Sequence record: NC_094493.1
DNA: 64,000 bases
Reading direction: 5' to 3' (one strand)
Source: a phage
The notes under the pieces are model-generated. The model did no database searches and was not told the DNA's origin. It saw only the letters and a program-made list of their open reading frames with translations. Positions 19,424-28,680 of the stretch are shown piece after piece. The position numbers and the translations under genes were made by a program. Every line of letters begins with the position of its first letter. Position 1 is the first letter of the stretch.

Positions 19424-20004
19424 TAAGCATCTGCGAGATCGGCCTTACCTTGTACCAAATTGATCCCGTCTAGGAACCCAGGTTCAGATACTTCGCAGGC
19501 CTTAACCATCAACTTTTTATCCATTGTAACAGGTTTCTTCACAGTATGCTCTTTACCTGTCTTTTTGTCAAGCTTTTTCTTCTCCTCAAAAGCAAGTTCT
19601 TCAGGAAGATGACTACGAGCAAACTTTTTGGCAGTTGTTGGTGTCACTGTGTGGACCTTAAACAGGCCGTCATTTTCACAATCAGCTAAGGCATCCCAAA
19701 GCATAATTTCAAGACCGTAAAACAACCCAGCCAGTTCACGTGTGGCATCCCCGCGTGATCCAAAGGAAAGCCCTTCCATAACCACGGTGTCAACGTGATG
19801 CGTGTGGATATAATATCTGACCTGTTTGCAGATCCAGTCAATACGCTCAGCAGCTGTTGCAAAAGAAACCGTCCCTGGTTTCTTCTCTTTTGCAGATGAG
19901 CTTTGAGTTCGTAACACAACCTTATGAACAGGCTTTCCATCGTCCCATACAACGCAAGCTGTGTGTGTCAACGACTGGTCTATGGATAATAGACGCTCTC
20001 TCAT
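19375..20004 (-). CDS. RNase H-fold nuclease, possibly RuvC-like resolvase
   Basis: 209 aa; LSIDQSLTHTACVV and VVMEGLSFG resemble RuvC carboxylate motifs; weak. Confidence 0.3.
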   Translation of the reverse strand: MRERLLSIDQSLTHTACVVWDDGKPVHKVVLRTQSSSAKEKKPGTVSFATAAERIDWICKQVRYYIHTHHVDTVVMEGLSFGSRGDATRELAGLFYGLEIMLWDALADCENDGLFKVHTVTPTTAKKFARSHLPEELAFEEKKKLDKKTGKEHTVKKPVTMDKKLMVKACEVSEPGFLDGINLVQGKADLADAYWIGRAHLEGLSQSVK

Positions 20005-20336
20005 GCTTCCTCATCCTCCTCTCCTTCATCAGGAGCATAAGCCTTATCTTTGAACAAGACGAGAGAGCAAAGCTTAACATCTGTTTCCACACTGGTGAAC
20101 ATGCATAACCGCTCGCCCTCAATCAACTCACAATCCTCTTTTAAAACAGCAGACCATACACGGTCATCTGCGTAATCATCTGTGTACAGGATGTATGAAA
20201 TAGTGTCATCTTCATACAACCGCCACATACCTGTGGCAACAATAAATGTATTTTTTGTTTTAATGGTCCCTGTTGTATGATCATCCTCAAAAACAGCTTC
20301 CATAATTGCATTATCTACAGAATTTTTAGTCATCAA
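20001..20336 (-). CDS. hypothetical acidic protein
   Basis: 111 aa, Asp/Glu-rich with C-terminal DEGEEDEEA. Confidence 0.35.
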   Translation of the reverse strand: MMTKNSVDNAIMEAVFEDDHTTGTIKTKNTFIVATGMWRLYEDDTISYILYTDDYADDRVWSAVLKEDCELIEGERLCMFTSVETDVKLCSLVLFKDKAYAPDEGEEDEEA

Positions 20337-21472
20337 ATTGCTCCAACATTTCTAAGAACGTTAACAAGTTTTGTTCGATCATTGAATGTTCGCTTCATAT
20401 ACAAACAGTCAAAAATTATACTCATCCACTGACCTACGGAAATTCTACGATCAATACCATTGAAGTCAGTATACTTAACAACACCTTTCGGGAACCACTT
20501 CTTGTACTGATCAATAATAGCCGCCCACATCTCCTTTGGAGTGCTGCACTGAGACAGTAGGTAGAATGCTGAGGCATCCCCGAACTTACCCTTACCGATA
20601 AGTCCTTGATACGGCTTGATGTTGTCAGCAGAGTCACCACACAGCATTTGGTATCCGAAGAACAGCATTCCGTAACCACCAACCTCTCCATTAGGCTTCA
20701 TGAAGATGTTACCCATACCGTTATCGATCAGCATAGGGGTTTCCCTTACAAAATCTCCCTTATCATTTCGCATGGGATCGAACACAAGCCCCGGTAGTGT
20801 TCTTTGGTCCTTATCAATAGAGATAATAAACTTGTTGAACTTACCTGTTTTTTGGTAGTGGTTCCAACCTTCAAATTGCTGGATAGCTAACCAGTCGTCA
20901 GCCTCGATACCGTTGATCACTTGAGCATTATACTGCTTTTGGAGATACTGTCTTGCATCTCCAAGCAGCAGTGGTCGAAGAGTATTGTTACGGTTGGCTT
21001 TATATCTTTCCGGCATTGGGAGATCTAGTCTGAAGTTACCTGTGCCTCCCAGCACCCCAACGCACCGATCTTCCGGAATACCGAGATAATTAAGGACTGC
21101 ATTAGCTTTACACTTAATTGTGTGCAAGCAGTTCTCTACAGGATCTGGGGTTTGGATATCCAAGACATCGAAATCTTCTCGTGTCCACGGAATAAACTCC
21201 TTGCCAGCCTTTTTACATGCAGCTTCACGGTTGGTATTCTCAGCTTTTAACCAACCACCAACGGTGTTCTTCTGCCGCCCCCAGAACTCTGTTCGTGTTT
21301 TAAACATCTTCTTACGTCCGGAGGCTTTGTGTGTTACCTCAATTGTCCTTTTTTCACAACTTGCTGCAGCTTGATATGCAACCTGATCGAAGTCATAATA
21401 AACTATAGCGTCAGGTTCAAGAAGATCAGCCAGACAATCTATGGACTCAATAAGCGGATATTCTCTACTCAA
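20333..21472 (-). CDS. flap endonuclease / 5'-3' exonuclease (RNase H-type)
   Basis: 379 aa; IEADD, ISIDKD and GDSADNIKPYQGLIGKG motifs of the FEN family. Confidence 0.75.
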   Translation of the reverse strand: MSREYPLIESIDCLADLLEPDAIVYYDFDQVAYQAAASCEKRTIEVTHKASGRKKMFKTRTEFWGRQKNTVGGWLKAENTNREAACKKAGKEFIPWTREDFDVLDIQTPDPVENCLHTIKCKANAVLNYLGIPEDRCVGVLGGTGNFRLDLPMPERYKANRNNTLRPLLLGDARQYLQKQYNAQVINGIEADDWLAIQQFEGWNHYQKTGKFNKFIISIDKDQRTLPGLVFDPMRNDKGDFVRETPMLIDNGMGNIFMKPNGEVGGYGMLFFGYQMLCGDSADNIKPYQGLIGKGKFGDASAFYLLSQCSTPKEMWAAIIDQYKKWFPKGVVKYTDFNGIDRRISVGQWMSIIFDCLYMKRTFNDRTKLVNVLRNVGAI

Positions 21473-21773
21473 AGACCCTCCTGTTAGTTATTCTGCAAGA
21501 TGGTTGGATGCTGTAATGGAATGCATCATCACTCTCTGCAATAAGTGACTCAACATCCCAATACTTTTCAAAAAGGAACGGATTAGACCCCCAGTGGTGG
21601 GTTATTTTCATCAAGGAGTCTGGTATCATATAACCACAGATCTTAATTACATCGCCAGGTTGAATTGTGTTTTCATGAAGGTTGCTTGCCTTCTTCAGAA
21701 TCATACCTTTATGATTCTCGTTTGCATACAACTGGACAATATCTTTATCTTCAATAATAAAAATTTTAAGCAT
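21465..21773 (-). CDS. hypothetical protein
   Basis: 102-aa ORF preceded by consensus promoter. Confidence 0.35.
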   Translation of the reverse strand: MLKIFIIEDKDIVQLYANENHKGMILKKASNLHENTIQPGDVIKICGYMIPDSLMKITHHWGSNPFLFEKYWDVESLIAESDDAFHYSIQPSCRITNRRVFE

Positions 21774-21806
21774 ATCTAGTTCTCCTAGTTTATAGATATC
21801 TGACCG

Positions 21807-21836
21807 ATAATATCAGATTAATAACACTTTTGTCAA
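21807..21836 (-). promoter_or_regulatory. sigma70-type promoter (minus strand)
   Basis: reverse complement reads TTGACA-18nt-TATTAT upstream of 21465..21773. Confidence 0.45.
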
Positions 21837-22126
21837 GACTTTTTAGTCTTTCTTGGAGAGCTTTTTGTTGATCTTTTCCTTTTGTGGTAGATTCCAAGTG
21901 CAGCGTTTTCTTGGGCGCACGTTTTAACAGTTCTCAGACAAGAACTTTCAGCTTTAGGCAGGTTTAACTCCCACCAACCAAGCCAGTAAAGTTCTGATTC
22001 AGACAACTGCTCAGATTCAGCCTTCCGATACAAGGCTTGCATACCTCTGATGATATCGTCCAGAGGTGTATCGAATACAAAAGCTGTCTTATCGAATTTC
22101 TCTTTTACAGGTTTCTTAGCCATCAA
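21833..22126 (-). CDS. hypothetical protein with basic C-tail
   Basis: 97 aa; C-terminal KRKRSTKSSPRKTKKS. Confidence 0.35.
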   Translation of the reverse strand: MMAKKPVKEKFDKTAFVFDTPLDDIIRGMQALYRKAESEQLSESELYWLGWWELNLPKAESSCLRTVKTCAQENAALGIYHKRKRSTKSSPRKTKKS

Positions 22127-22580
22127 GGTAACCCTCTATCCACGAAAAGTCAGTCTTCCATTCTGGAACTTTACTAAGCTCACGCCACTCTGCAAAGCAG
22201 TCTCGGTAATAGGCCTCTGCCATACCCTTGGTGATCTTATTCACCTTAGCTAACTGACTAACTGCCTGAGCATACTTTCCACGGATATTTGCTAACCCAG
22301 GATGCACCGATGTGTGACAATCTGGGCACAACGCTATCAGTCCGACAAGCCGGATCACTCCCTCTTCGAAAGTGTAAAGTTCATGACACTCCACTGGGTG
22401 TTTGCTGCCTTTACCGCCGCACACCTCACAGGTGTAGTTGGCTTCTCTATAGCACTTCTTGCGGATCTTATCCCACTCACTCTTCTTCACAGCGTTTCGG
22501 AGGTTATTATACCAAGCTGTTTCTGGGATCAGTTGCACAATAAGCCTGCGTTCAGACTTCATTAAACGTCCGTCTTCCAC
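22116..22580 (-). CDS. HNH/His-Me finger nuclease-like protein
   Basis: 154 aa; CEVCGG...HPVECHE...LCPDCHTSVH pattern. Confidence 0.45.
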   Translation of the reverse strand: MEDGRLMKSERRLIVQLIPETAWYNNLRNAVKKSEWDKIRKKCYREANYTCEVCGGKGSKHPVECHELYTFEEGVIRLVGLIALCPDCHTSVHPGLANIRGKYAQAVSQLAKVNKITKGMAEAYYRDCFAEWRELSKVPEWKTDFSWIEGYLDG

Positions 22581-22589
22581 GTATTCTCC

Positions 22590-22796
22590 TCACTCAAAGA
22601 AATGGGTGCGAGGACAAGATCCAGCCTCGCCTTGTTTCACAAGCTCGTAGAGCTCACCTTGACTTGTCTCATAAAGGCAAATACGTTTACCATTGTCCCG
22701 ATATACATCGACAAGATACGCTGTTTCACCTGCAAACACGACACCACAGGCCAGACATGCTGCCATGAACAAAATTGCCAACAGAAAGTCTTTCAT
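22590..22796 (-). CDS. small lipoprotein
   Basis: 68 aa; signal peptide MKDFLLAILFMAACLACGVVFAG with lipobox-like Cys; directly downstream of endolysin. Confidence 0.5.
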   Translation of the reverse strand: MKDFLLAILFMAACLACGVVFAGETAYLVDVYRDNGKRICLYETSQGELYELVKQGEAGSCPRTHFFE

Positions 22797-22859
22797 GGTT
22801 AAACCCTCCTAAACATTTTATGAGGTAACAATACCACGTCCGTGTGGTTATGTCAATGA

Positions 22860-23330
22860 TCAATCAAGGACAACACCGCCTGCCTTTTTAAACACCTCGA
22901 TCAACTTCTCAATCTTCTGTTCATGCTGACCATATCCAGCACCAGGCAACGAAGCCCAGCGGGAACGGCATTTATGGATAGCCTCGTGGATACGCCCTTC
23001 GTCAATGTCGGCGAGAGCCTTGCACTCACGGATCAGTTGCAACGCAATCTTGTCCTGACTGGCAGGGCCAAAATCTGGCAATCCTAACTGTTCCATGTAG
23101 TGTTTAGCAAACTTCTCCAAAACCTGGTAACGCCCAGCAGCGGAGGAGGTAAGTTTAGCATTTAGCTTAACGTAAACACCGGGATGCTTGCTGTAATCGC
23201 TGAACAGCTTGCCTCCGACTATGACATCGTATCCCCGATCCTTGGTAGGTTGTCTACCATTATCTGTGCCTTCCGAATATGCGATCATATCCAAGAAAGC
23301 CTTTCGTTGAACATTTTTATCAAGTTTCAT
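22860..23330 (-). CDS. endolysin, lambda R-like lytic transglycosylase
   Basis: 156 aa, near-colinear with lambda R including catalytic AYSEGTDNGRQ and C-terminal WASLPGAGYGQ. Confidence 0.9.
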   Translation of the reverse strand: MKLDKNVQRKAFLDMIAYSEGTDNGRQPTKDRGYDVIVGGKLFSDYSKHPGVYVKLNAKLTSSAAGRYQVLEKFAKHYMEQLGLPDFGPASQDKIALQLIRECKALADIDEGRIHEAIHKCRSRWASLPGAGYGQHEQKIEKLIEVFKKAGGVVLD

Positions 23331-23472
23331 TTTTCATACTCTCCAGTTCACTCATAACGAGCCCCGATCAGCACCACTGTGTGGTGTGGCTAGGTTGCAC
23401 AGTTCATACATCAGGGCATATGTAGGTGCAAATTGAAAACACTTATTCAATTGGCTACTAAACATACCTAAA

Positions 23473-24756
23473 TTATTCCAGCACCTCCCAAGTGTCTGGG
23501 TTAACATTTCGGACGCAGATACCGACAGGGAATTGGTAGTTGTTGTCTTCTGTCCTTGCTTGATATTTGAAGGTGACAAACTTGCCGATCATTTCCTGCA
23601 TTCTGTCATAGCTACGCTCCTCGTGCGTACCTTTCATCTTCATTTTAACAACAATACCTTCCTTGTCAACACAGATAAGAACACCTTCATCATTCTTATC
23701 TTTCTCAACGTCAATAACTTTCACCTCTGCGTCGTTGAACTTTTTCCATTTCAATGCTTCAGATGTTCTCTGACCGTACTCATATTTACCACAGAAGTTA
23801 CGCATAATGGTACCTTCATATCCTTCGGACATGAATATACCAACAGATTCTTCGCAATGATCAACTGTGTACGCAAGCTCTGCGTCAACAACCTTGATAT
23901 GGTCAAGCATCAGAGTGGTAACGGTATCCTCTGCATCCATAAGATCCTTGCAGCGTCCAGACTCTGTTTCGGGATCCCACCACACCTTGTCGCTAGGAAT
24001 ATCAAAAATGTGATACTCCAGATCGTAGCTACAGTACCCACCGTAACGCAAATCATCACGAACAGGCTCAACATCGACAGGAATATCTACCTTGTTGAAG
24101 TTTTTATATGTTGATAAGCCGGACTTAATTGCGGCATGACGGCGTTTTTTATCTGCCTCATAGTCTTTATCGATCTCGGCCTGAATCTCTTCCTGTGTGC
24201 GCCACCGTTTAGCAAGAGACACTATTTTCTGCAAAGGAAGACCATGAATGTATAGTTCCCCATCAAGTTGTTTAATCCCAGTGGTAGAATGGAAAGAACG
24301 AAGTTGCTCTAAAAGCTTTCCTTGAATAGGGTAGGACTTATTACCACGGGAAATAAATTTAGGCTCACCATTTTGGAAAACAACAAGCAGACGAAGGCCA
24401 TCTAACTTACGCAAGATCCAGCAAGGTAGTTTAAGTGCCTTGCCACGCTTCAGGTAGTCATGCACCAGCATGGGTAAAAGATCAACACCCTGCTCGCAAT
24501 CTTCCATGTTTTCAACATACCCCAGACGGACTTGTTTTTCCCACTTGCTGATAGCCTCAAGCTCGGCCTGTTGCTCAGCTGTAGTCTCATTGGCACGACC
24601 TACGTTCTTAGGTGTGCATACCGTCTCTTTGTACTGCAATTTACCGTCAAGCTTGCCAAACTCTACGATAACCTTTTCGCCATCAGTGAATACTTTCCAC
24701 TGTTGGTAGCTGCCATCTTTGTTCAGTGCGTACAGTGTTGTTTTGATTTGATGCAT
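23473..24756 (-). CDS. ATP-dependent DNA ligase
   Basis: 427 aa; nucleotidyltransferase motif I KLDGLR. Confidence 0.7.
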   Translation of the reverse strand: MHQIKTTLYALNKDGSYQQWKVFTDGEKVIVEFGKLDGKLQYKETVCTPKNVGRANETTAEQQAELEAISKWEKQVRLGYVENMEDCEQGVDLLPMLVHDYLKRGKALKLPCWILRKLDGLRLLVVFQNGEPKFISRGNKSYPIQGKLLEQLRSFHSTTGIKQLDGELYIHGLPLQKIVSLAKRWRTQEEIQAEIDKDYEADKKRRHAAIKSGLSTYKNFNKVDIPVDVEPVRDDLRYGGYCSYDLEYHIFDIPSDKVWWDPETESGRCKDLMDAEDTVTTLMLDHIKVVDAELAYTVDHCEESVGIFMSEGYEGTIMRNFCGKYEYGQRTSEALKWKKFNDAEVKVIDVEKDKNDEGVLICVDKEGIVVKMKMKGTHEERSYDRMQEMIGKFVTFKYQARTEDNNYQFPVGICVRNVNPDTWEVLE

Positions 24757-25025
24757 TACTCGGCCTCTTCCTTAAAAATTTTAAACATCTCTTCTTTACT
24801 CATTACCAACCAGTCTCCCATAAAGTCAACTAGCCAATCTCCCTGGTACAAGACAAGGTTACCAAAAGGCTCGACAAGCTCACACATGCGACGAAGATCT
24901 CTGGTCCGAACAGGTGACGATGTAAACACACCTGTATCAATCCACCGTTGCAGATCAGATACTGATGAAGAGCTTCCGTCAAACTGGTGGGCTTCTACAG
25001 GTTTAGCAAGATTAAATAACGGCAT
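24756..25025 (-). CDS. hypothetical protein
   Basis: 89-aa ORF coupled to ligase gene. Confidence 0.3.
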   Translation of the reverse strand: MPLFNLAKPVEAHQFDGSSSSVSDLQRWIDTGVFTSSPVRTRDLRRMCELVEPFGNLVLYQGDWLVDFMGDWLVMSKEEMFKIFKEEAE

Positions 25026-25320
25026 TGCAGTCCTCCTTCTGTAGTAGGTCTTTTATAGGATAAACAAGTAAGTGTGGATCGGAATAACGTATAGTCTTAT
25101 TCTGCCACACTATGAACTTTATTACAACCAAATTTACAATATCTTTATCACCATGTAGCCCAACACACACATTTGTCCATATTTTGTGGTTGAAGATCTT
25201 GCTATCGATGTAGATTTTAGTGTCAAACTTATCTTCCATTCTACCTATAAGTTTGATCAGCTCCTTCATCTGGTCGCCAAACACAGCATCTTTTTCAAGA
25301 TCTCTGGAATGCTTGTACAT
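25012..25320 (-). CDS. hypothetical protein
   Basis: 102-aa ORF; no motif recognised. Confidence 0.3.
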   Translation of the reverse strand: MYKHSRDLEKDAVFGDQMKELIKLIGRMEDKFDTKIYIDSKIFNHKIWTNVCVGLHGDKDIVNLVVIKFIVWQNKTIRYSDPHLLVYPIKDLLQKEDCNAVI

Positions 25321-25358
25321 AACTAACTACCTCGCTGCATACTTTCCATAATAAGTAA

Positions 25359-25376
25359 AGCCGGGATTACCCGGCT
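25359..25376 (-). terminator. terminator-like hairpin (minus strand)
   Basis: gccggg-atta-cccggc stem-loop followed on minus strand by TTTACTTATT, downstream of 25383..26096. Confidence 0.4.
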
Positions 25377-25382
25377 ATGTTG

Positions 25383-26096
25383 TCAAATATACTCTGTTAC
25401 ATCCTTGAAGCTCGAAGGCTTCATGATCTTACCTTTACTGTCAAGGAATATGATAACTTTATTACCGTTGTAGAATTCTTCCTTAGCAACAAAACCTTCA
25501 TATCGACCATCAAAGCGTCGCTCAAGATCTTTAATCTCCAACTCGATGAGTTGTTCAGCAGGCATATCTGCACTGGCACCGTGTGAATACCGTAGATGGT
25601 TGACCCGTGCAAACTTGCTGTCATTCGATTTGAGAACCTTACGCATCATCCCGCACACATCGCCGCGAAGCTGGAACAGCAAAGCTGTTGACAACTCTGC
25701 TAAGCGGTAAGCAGACGCTCTTTGCTTAGAGGTGTTTTTCGCAGCGATCAGTGTATCATAGAACTCACCAATCTTGAACTTAATACCTCGTGGATTATCA
25801 AACAGGTTTGACCACTTTTCGTGATTGTCATTAACAAGATAAGCGGCATAACTTGTGACAACATGAAGATCGCAGGCCTCTTTTAGCAAGTGATCTCCAC
25901 CATCACCTTTCTCCAGCTCTTCCAAAACTTCATTGAACTCTTCCTCAATGAAGCTAAGCTGTAATTCGAATGGTGTGTATGATTTTTTCACCTTAGCTGC
26001 CACACGGTTCCAGTTTTCCACCCAGTTGGCAGACCAAAGGTAGTTTTCAGGCTGAGACAGTTTTTCCAGGTTGTCGATCAGTTTAGTATTCAGCAT
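25383..26096 (-). CDS. hypothetical protein, possibly MazG-like pyrophosphohydrolase
   Basis: 237 aa; acidic helix FIEEEFNEVLEELEKG reminiscent of MazG EExxE metal site; weak. Confidence 0.25.
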   Translation of the reverse strand: MLNTKLIDNLEKLSQPENYLWSANWVENWNRVAAKVKKSYTPFELQLSFIEEEFNEVLEELEKGDGGDHLLKEACDLHVVTSYAAYLVNDNHEKWSNLFDNPRGIKFKIGEFYDTLIAAKNTSKQRASAYRLAELSTALLFQLRGDVCGMMRKVLKSNDSKFARVNHLRYSHGASADMPAEQLIELEIKDLERRFDGRYEGFVAKEEFYNGNKVIIFLDSKGKIMKPSSFKDVTEYI

Positions 26097-26109
26097 TAAA
26101 GGTCTCCTT

Positions 26110-26871
26110 TTAAAGTTCCATAAAGTTTTCTACAGTTTCAATAAATACTTTATCAGAGAAAGCGTCAACAGCACCGTTAAACCATACAGGGATCCCGCGA
26201 TCCTCATATTGATAAAGGTCGCTACGTGAAATGCCACTTCCATCTGCACTCTGCGAATCATACTTGTTTACAATCAGCAGTTTTGTGCCTTTACAAGTAG
26301 CAGGAAACAATTCCCAGTTAAAATTAATAACTGTGTTAGAACAACCTACCAGGATAACCATATCATTGCTTGTGAGAGATGTCAACAGGTCATACATGTC
26401 TGTATACTTAGGAGCAACCTCACCGAAGAACACTACATTGGGCTTAACCCAGGTATACTTACCTGTATCTACCTCCGTGTATCCGATATTTTTAATTACA
26501 TCATTACCTTCAGCATCTTCGTAGGTGATTTCAGGCAAATACCCGTGGACATGTAAAATATCTTCATGTTTTACACCAGCACGCTCCAGCAAATCATCTA
26601 CATTGGTGGTAAGGTTGATCACACGACCAGACCAGCGGGAATACCACTCAGCGATCCGAAGATGTGCAAGGTTAGGATCAACACTGCCCAGAGCTACACG
26701 ACGTGCATTGTAAAAGTCATGCACCTTATAGTAGTTCTTGGCAAAGGTGTGGATGTTGCACACCTCATCTATGCTGAAATTCTCCCACATTGCAGTACTA
26801 CCAGATCGGAAAGTGGGAATACCAGATTCAGCGCTCAAACCAGCACCGGAGATAATAATCAGTCGTCGCAT
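26110..26871 (-). CDS. Sir2-family NAD-dependent protein
   Basis: 253 aa; sirtuin NAD-binding GAGLSAESGIPTFR, TTNVDDL and catalytic HG; no zinc-ribbon Cys pairs seen. Confidence 0.8.
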   Translation of the reverse strand: MRRLIIISGAGLSAESGIPTFRSGSTAMWENFSIDEVCNIHTFAKNYYKVHDFYNARRVALGSVDPNLAHLRIAEWYSRWSGRVINLTTNVDDLLERAGVKHEDILHVHGYLPEITYEDAEGNDVIKNIGYTEVDTGKYTWVKPNVVFFGEVAPKYTDMYDLLTSLTSNDMVILVGCSNTVINFNWELFPATCKGTKLLIVNKYDSQSADGSGISRSDLYQYEDRGIPVWFNGAVDAFSDKVFIETVENFMEL

Positions 26872-26879
26872 AAGTGCCC

Positions 26880-27230
26880 TCAGTAGATGTTTTGTTTAAT
26901 CTCTATTCCAAACTTTTTAAACGAGTCAGCTGCAAGCATGAATTTACGAGCCGCTGATGGATTAGAAGTATGTACGAAAATCTTCACGTTGTCAACCACG
27001 GGAGGCTTACCGAATACAAATTTTTCCTCCAACATGGATAGGCAATCGTATCCTTCGAATACTTCTCCTAGGTCGTTGTCCATATGCCACTCAGAAACGC
27101 GTCTGTAGAGCTTTCCCTTATCGTTAATAAAATCCATAAACTCGGAGGAATTCTTCAGCCAAACAGCGTCTGGGAGCCCGTAATTTGACGGATCTCTTAA
27201 GTCATCTAGCCACACAATCAACTTCTTCAT
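26880..27230 (-). CDS. small alpha/beta protein with receiver/flavodoxin-like acidic motifs
   Basis: 116 aa; LIVWLDDLRDP, HMDNDLGE, IFVHTSNP; ATGA-coupled to rnlA and 9 nt upstream of the Sir2 gene. Confidence 0.35.
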   Translation of the reverse strand: MKKLIVWLDDLRDPSNYGLPDAVWLKNSSEFMDFINDKGKLYRRVSEWHMDNDLGEVFEGYDCLSMLEEKFVFGKPPVVDNVKIFVHTSNPSAARKFMLAADSFKKFGIEIKQNIY

Positions 27231-28162
27231 TGCATATAGTTCTCGTTGTGGAAATAGTAATCAAGTATCTCACGGCGTTCCTGCTCCAGGAGGCAGTTCC
27301 ACACATCCTCTGTGTAATTGCTACGAATGAAGTTTACCATGCCGTAAAACTCTTCGTCAACACGTTTAAAGATATCATCATCCCAAATCTTCCAAGCTTT
27401 ACCCCTCATTACGGCCTTCCGTGCCAGATAGTATGGAGACTTGATCTTCAGCTGCAGATCATAAGGGTAGTAAGGCTTACGAATCATATACCCTTCACCT
27501 CTTGTTTCTGCAGCTAATTCTTTTGCATAGCTGAACGGAATTTCACGCACAGTGTGAGGACGTTTTGCACCAAGGTATTTGGCAATCCCATCTAAAGCTG
27601 CTTCTGGTAGCATTATTCCAGAATCATTATATCTGCAACCTATCAAATATGCGCCATGATCTTCCTGAACAATATGCGGATCTGAAGGGTGACAAATTTC
27701 AAACATGAATGTCATGTTTTCATTGCCCATAACCTTCTTGATAAGATCTAAATTACCACATTGCTCTTGGATGGTTTCCTTTGCAAGGTTACAATATGGA
27801 GAATCAAGAGACCCGGTTGTTGAGAACAATAGTTCACCTTTATGAGATGATACCACACCGAGGAATCCGTTCTTTTTCTCTACCGCAGTAACAAGTTTAC
27901 TGTCCGGTAGGTTGGTGGAGTTTTCTCCTAAGTTGAATACTTTTGTGAAAGGCCATGCCACAACATTCCCCTCATTGCCAACAACAATACCTCGGCACTC
28001 CAGTAAACGCGGAGACAAATGCCACAGATTGTTGTAGAATACTTTTCTGGCATATTTATAGATCTTTAATCCAAGATCTGGATAATACCGACTGGTTACA
28101 AGACCTTTGTCTACTAGGTCATCTGCATTAAAATACTTCATCATACGTTCCTCATTTGTCAT
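27227..28162 (-). CDS. rnlA: RNA ligase 1 (T4 RnlA-like)
   Basis: 311 aa; RLLECRGIVV...WPFTKVFNLGEN parallels T4 Rnl1 ALECRGIMF...FFNLNEN; motif I lysine in VEKKNG. Confidence 0.8.
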   Translation of the reverse strand: MTNEERMMKYFNADDLVDKGLVTSRYYPDLGLKIYKYARKVFYNNLWHLSPRLLECRGIVVGNEGNVVAWPFTKVFNLGENSTNLPDSKLVTAVEKKNGFLGVVSSHKGELLFSTTGSLDSPYCNLAKETIQEQCGNLDLIKKVMGNENMTFMFEICHPSDPHIVQEDHGAYLIGCRYNDSGIMLPEAALDGIAKYLGAKRPHTVREIPFSYAKELAAETRGEGYMIRKPYYPYDLQLKIKSPYYLARKAVMRGKAWKIWDDDIFKRVDEEFYGMVNFIRSNYTEDVWNCLLEQERREILDYYFHNENYMQ

Positions 28163-28205
28163 TTTGTCAGTCTATCCTGCCACACAAATAACCTAGTGTC
28201 AACAC

Positions 28206-28234
28206 TTGAAATTAACAAAACAGTTAGGTATACT
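28206..28234 (+). promoter_or_regulatory. sigma70-type promoter
   Basis: TTGAAA-17nt-TATACT upstream of kinase gene. Confidence 0.45.
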
Positions 28235-28262
28235 ATCATTAAAATTAAAACGGAGGGTTGCT

Positions 28263-28673
28263 ATGTCTAAAATGCTATATATCGTGCGTGGTCTGCCAGG
28301 GTCTGGCAAATCAACACTGGCAAATGCGCTATCTTTAGAAGGTCTGTATCCACATTTTGAGAACGACATGTTCTGGTATGACGATGACGGCAATTACAAC
28401 TGGGATGCAAGTAAAGTAACACTCGCAGCAAAATGGTGCAAAGATAACGTAGAAGATATGATGCGTATGGGATACGACCGTATCGTGGTAAGTAATACGT
28501 TTACAAAAGAAAAACATGTGCAGGAATATGTTGACATGGCAATCAGTCACGGGTATAGTTATACCGTGATCGTGGTTGAAAACCGCCACGGTAATAAAAG
28601 CATTCATGATGTTCCAGACAAGGTTGTGGATCGTATGGAACGCCAGCTTAAAAACTGCATTAAACTTAAATGA
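28263..28673 (+). CDS. P-loop kinase, polynucleotide 5'-kinase-like
   Basis: 136 aa from ATG after GGAGGG; Walker A RGLPGSGKST as in T4 Pnk kinase domain GCPGSGKST. Confidence 0.65.
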   Translation: MSKMLYIVRGLPGSGKSTLANALSLEGLYPHFENDMFWYDDDGNYNWDASKVTLAAKWCKDNVEDMMRMGYDRIVVSNTFTKEKHVQEYVDMAISHGYSYTVIVVENRHGNKSIHDVPDKVVDRMERQLKNCIKLK

Positions 28674-28680
28674 GGAATGT

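Noticed and set aside
23533-24114. 193-aa plus-strand ORF inside the DNA ligase gene
   Set aside because: Antisense shadow ORF; ligase frame has the motif-supported product.
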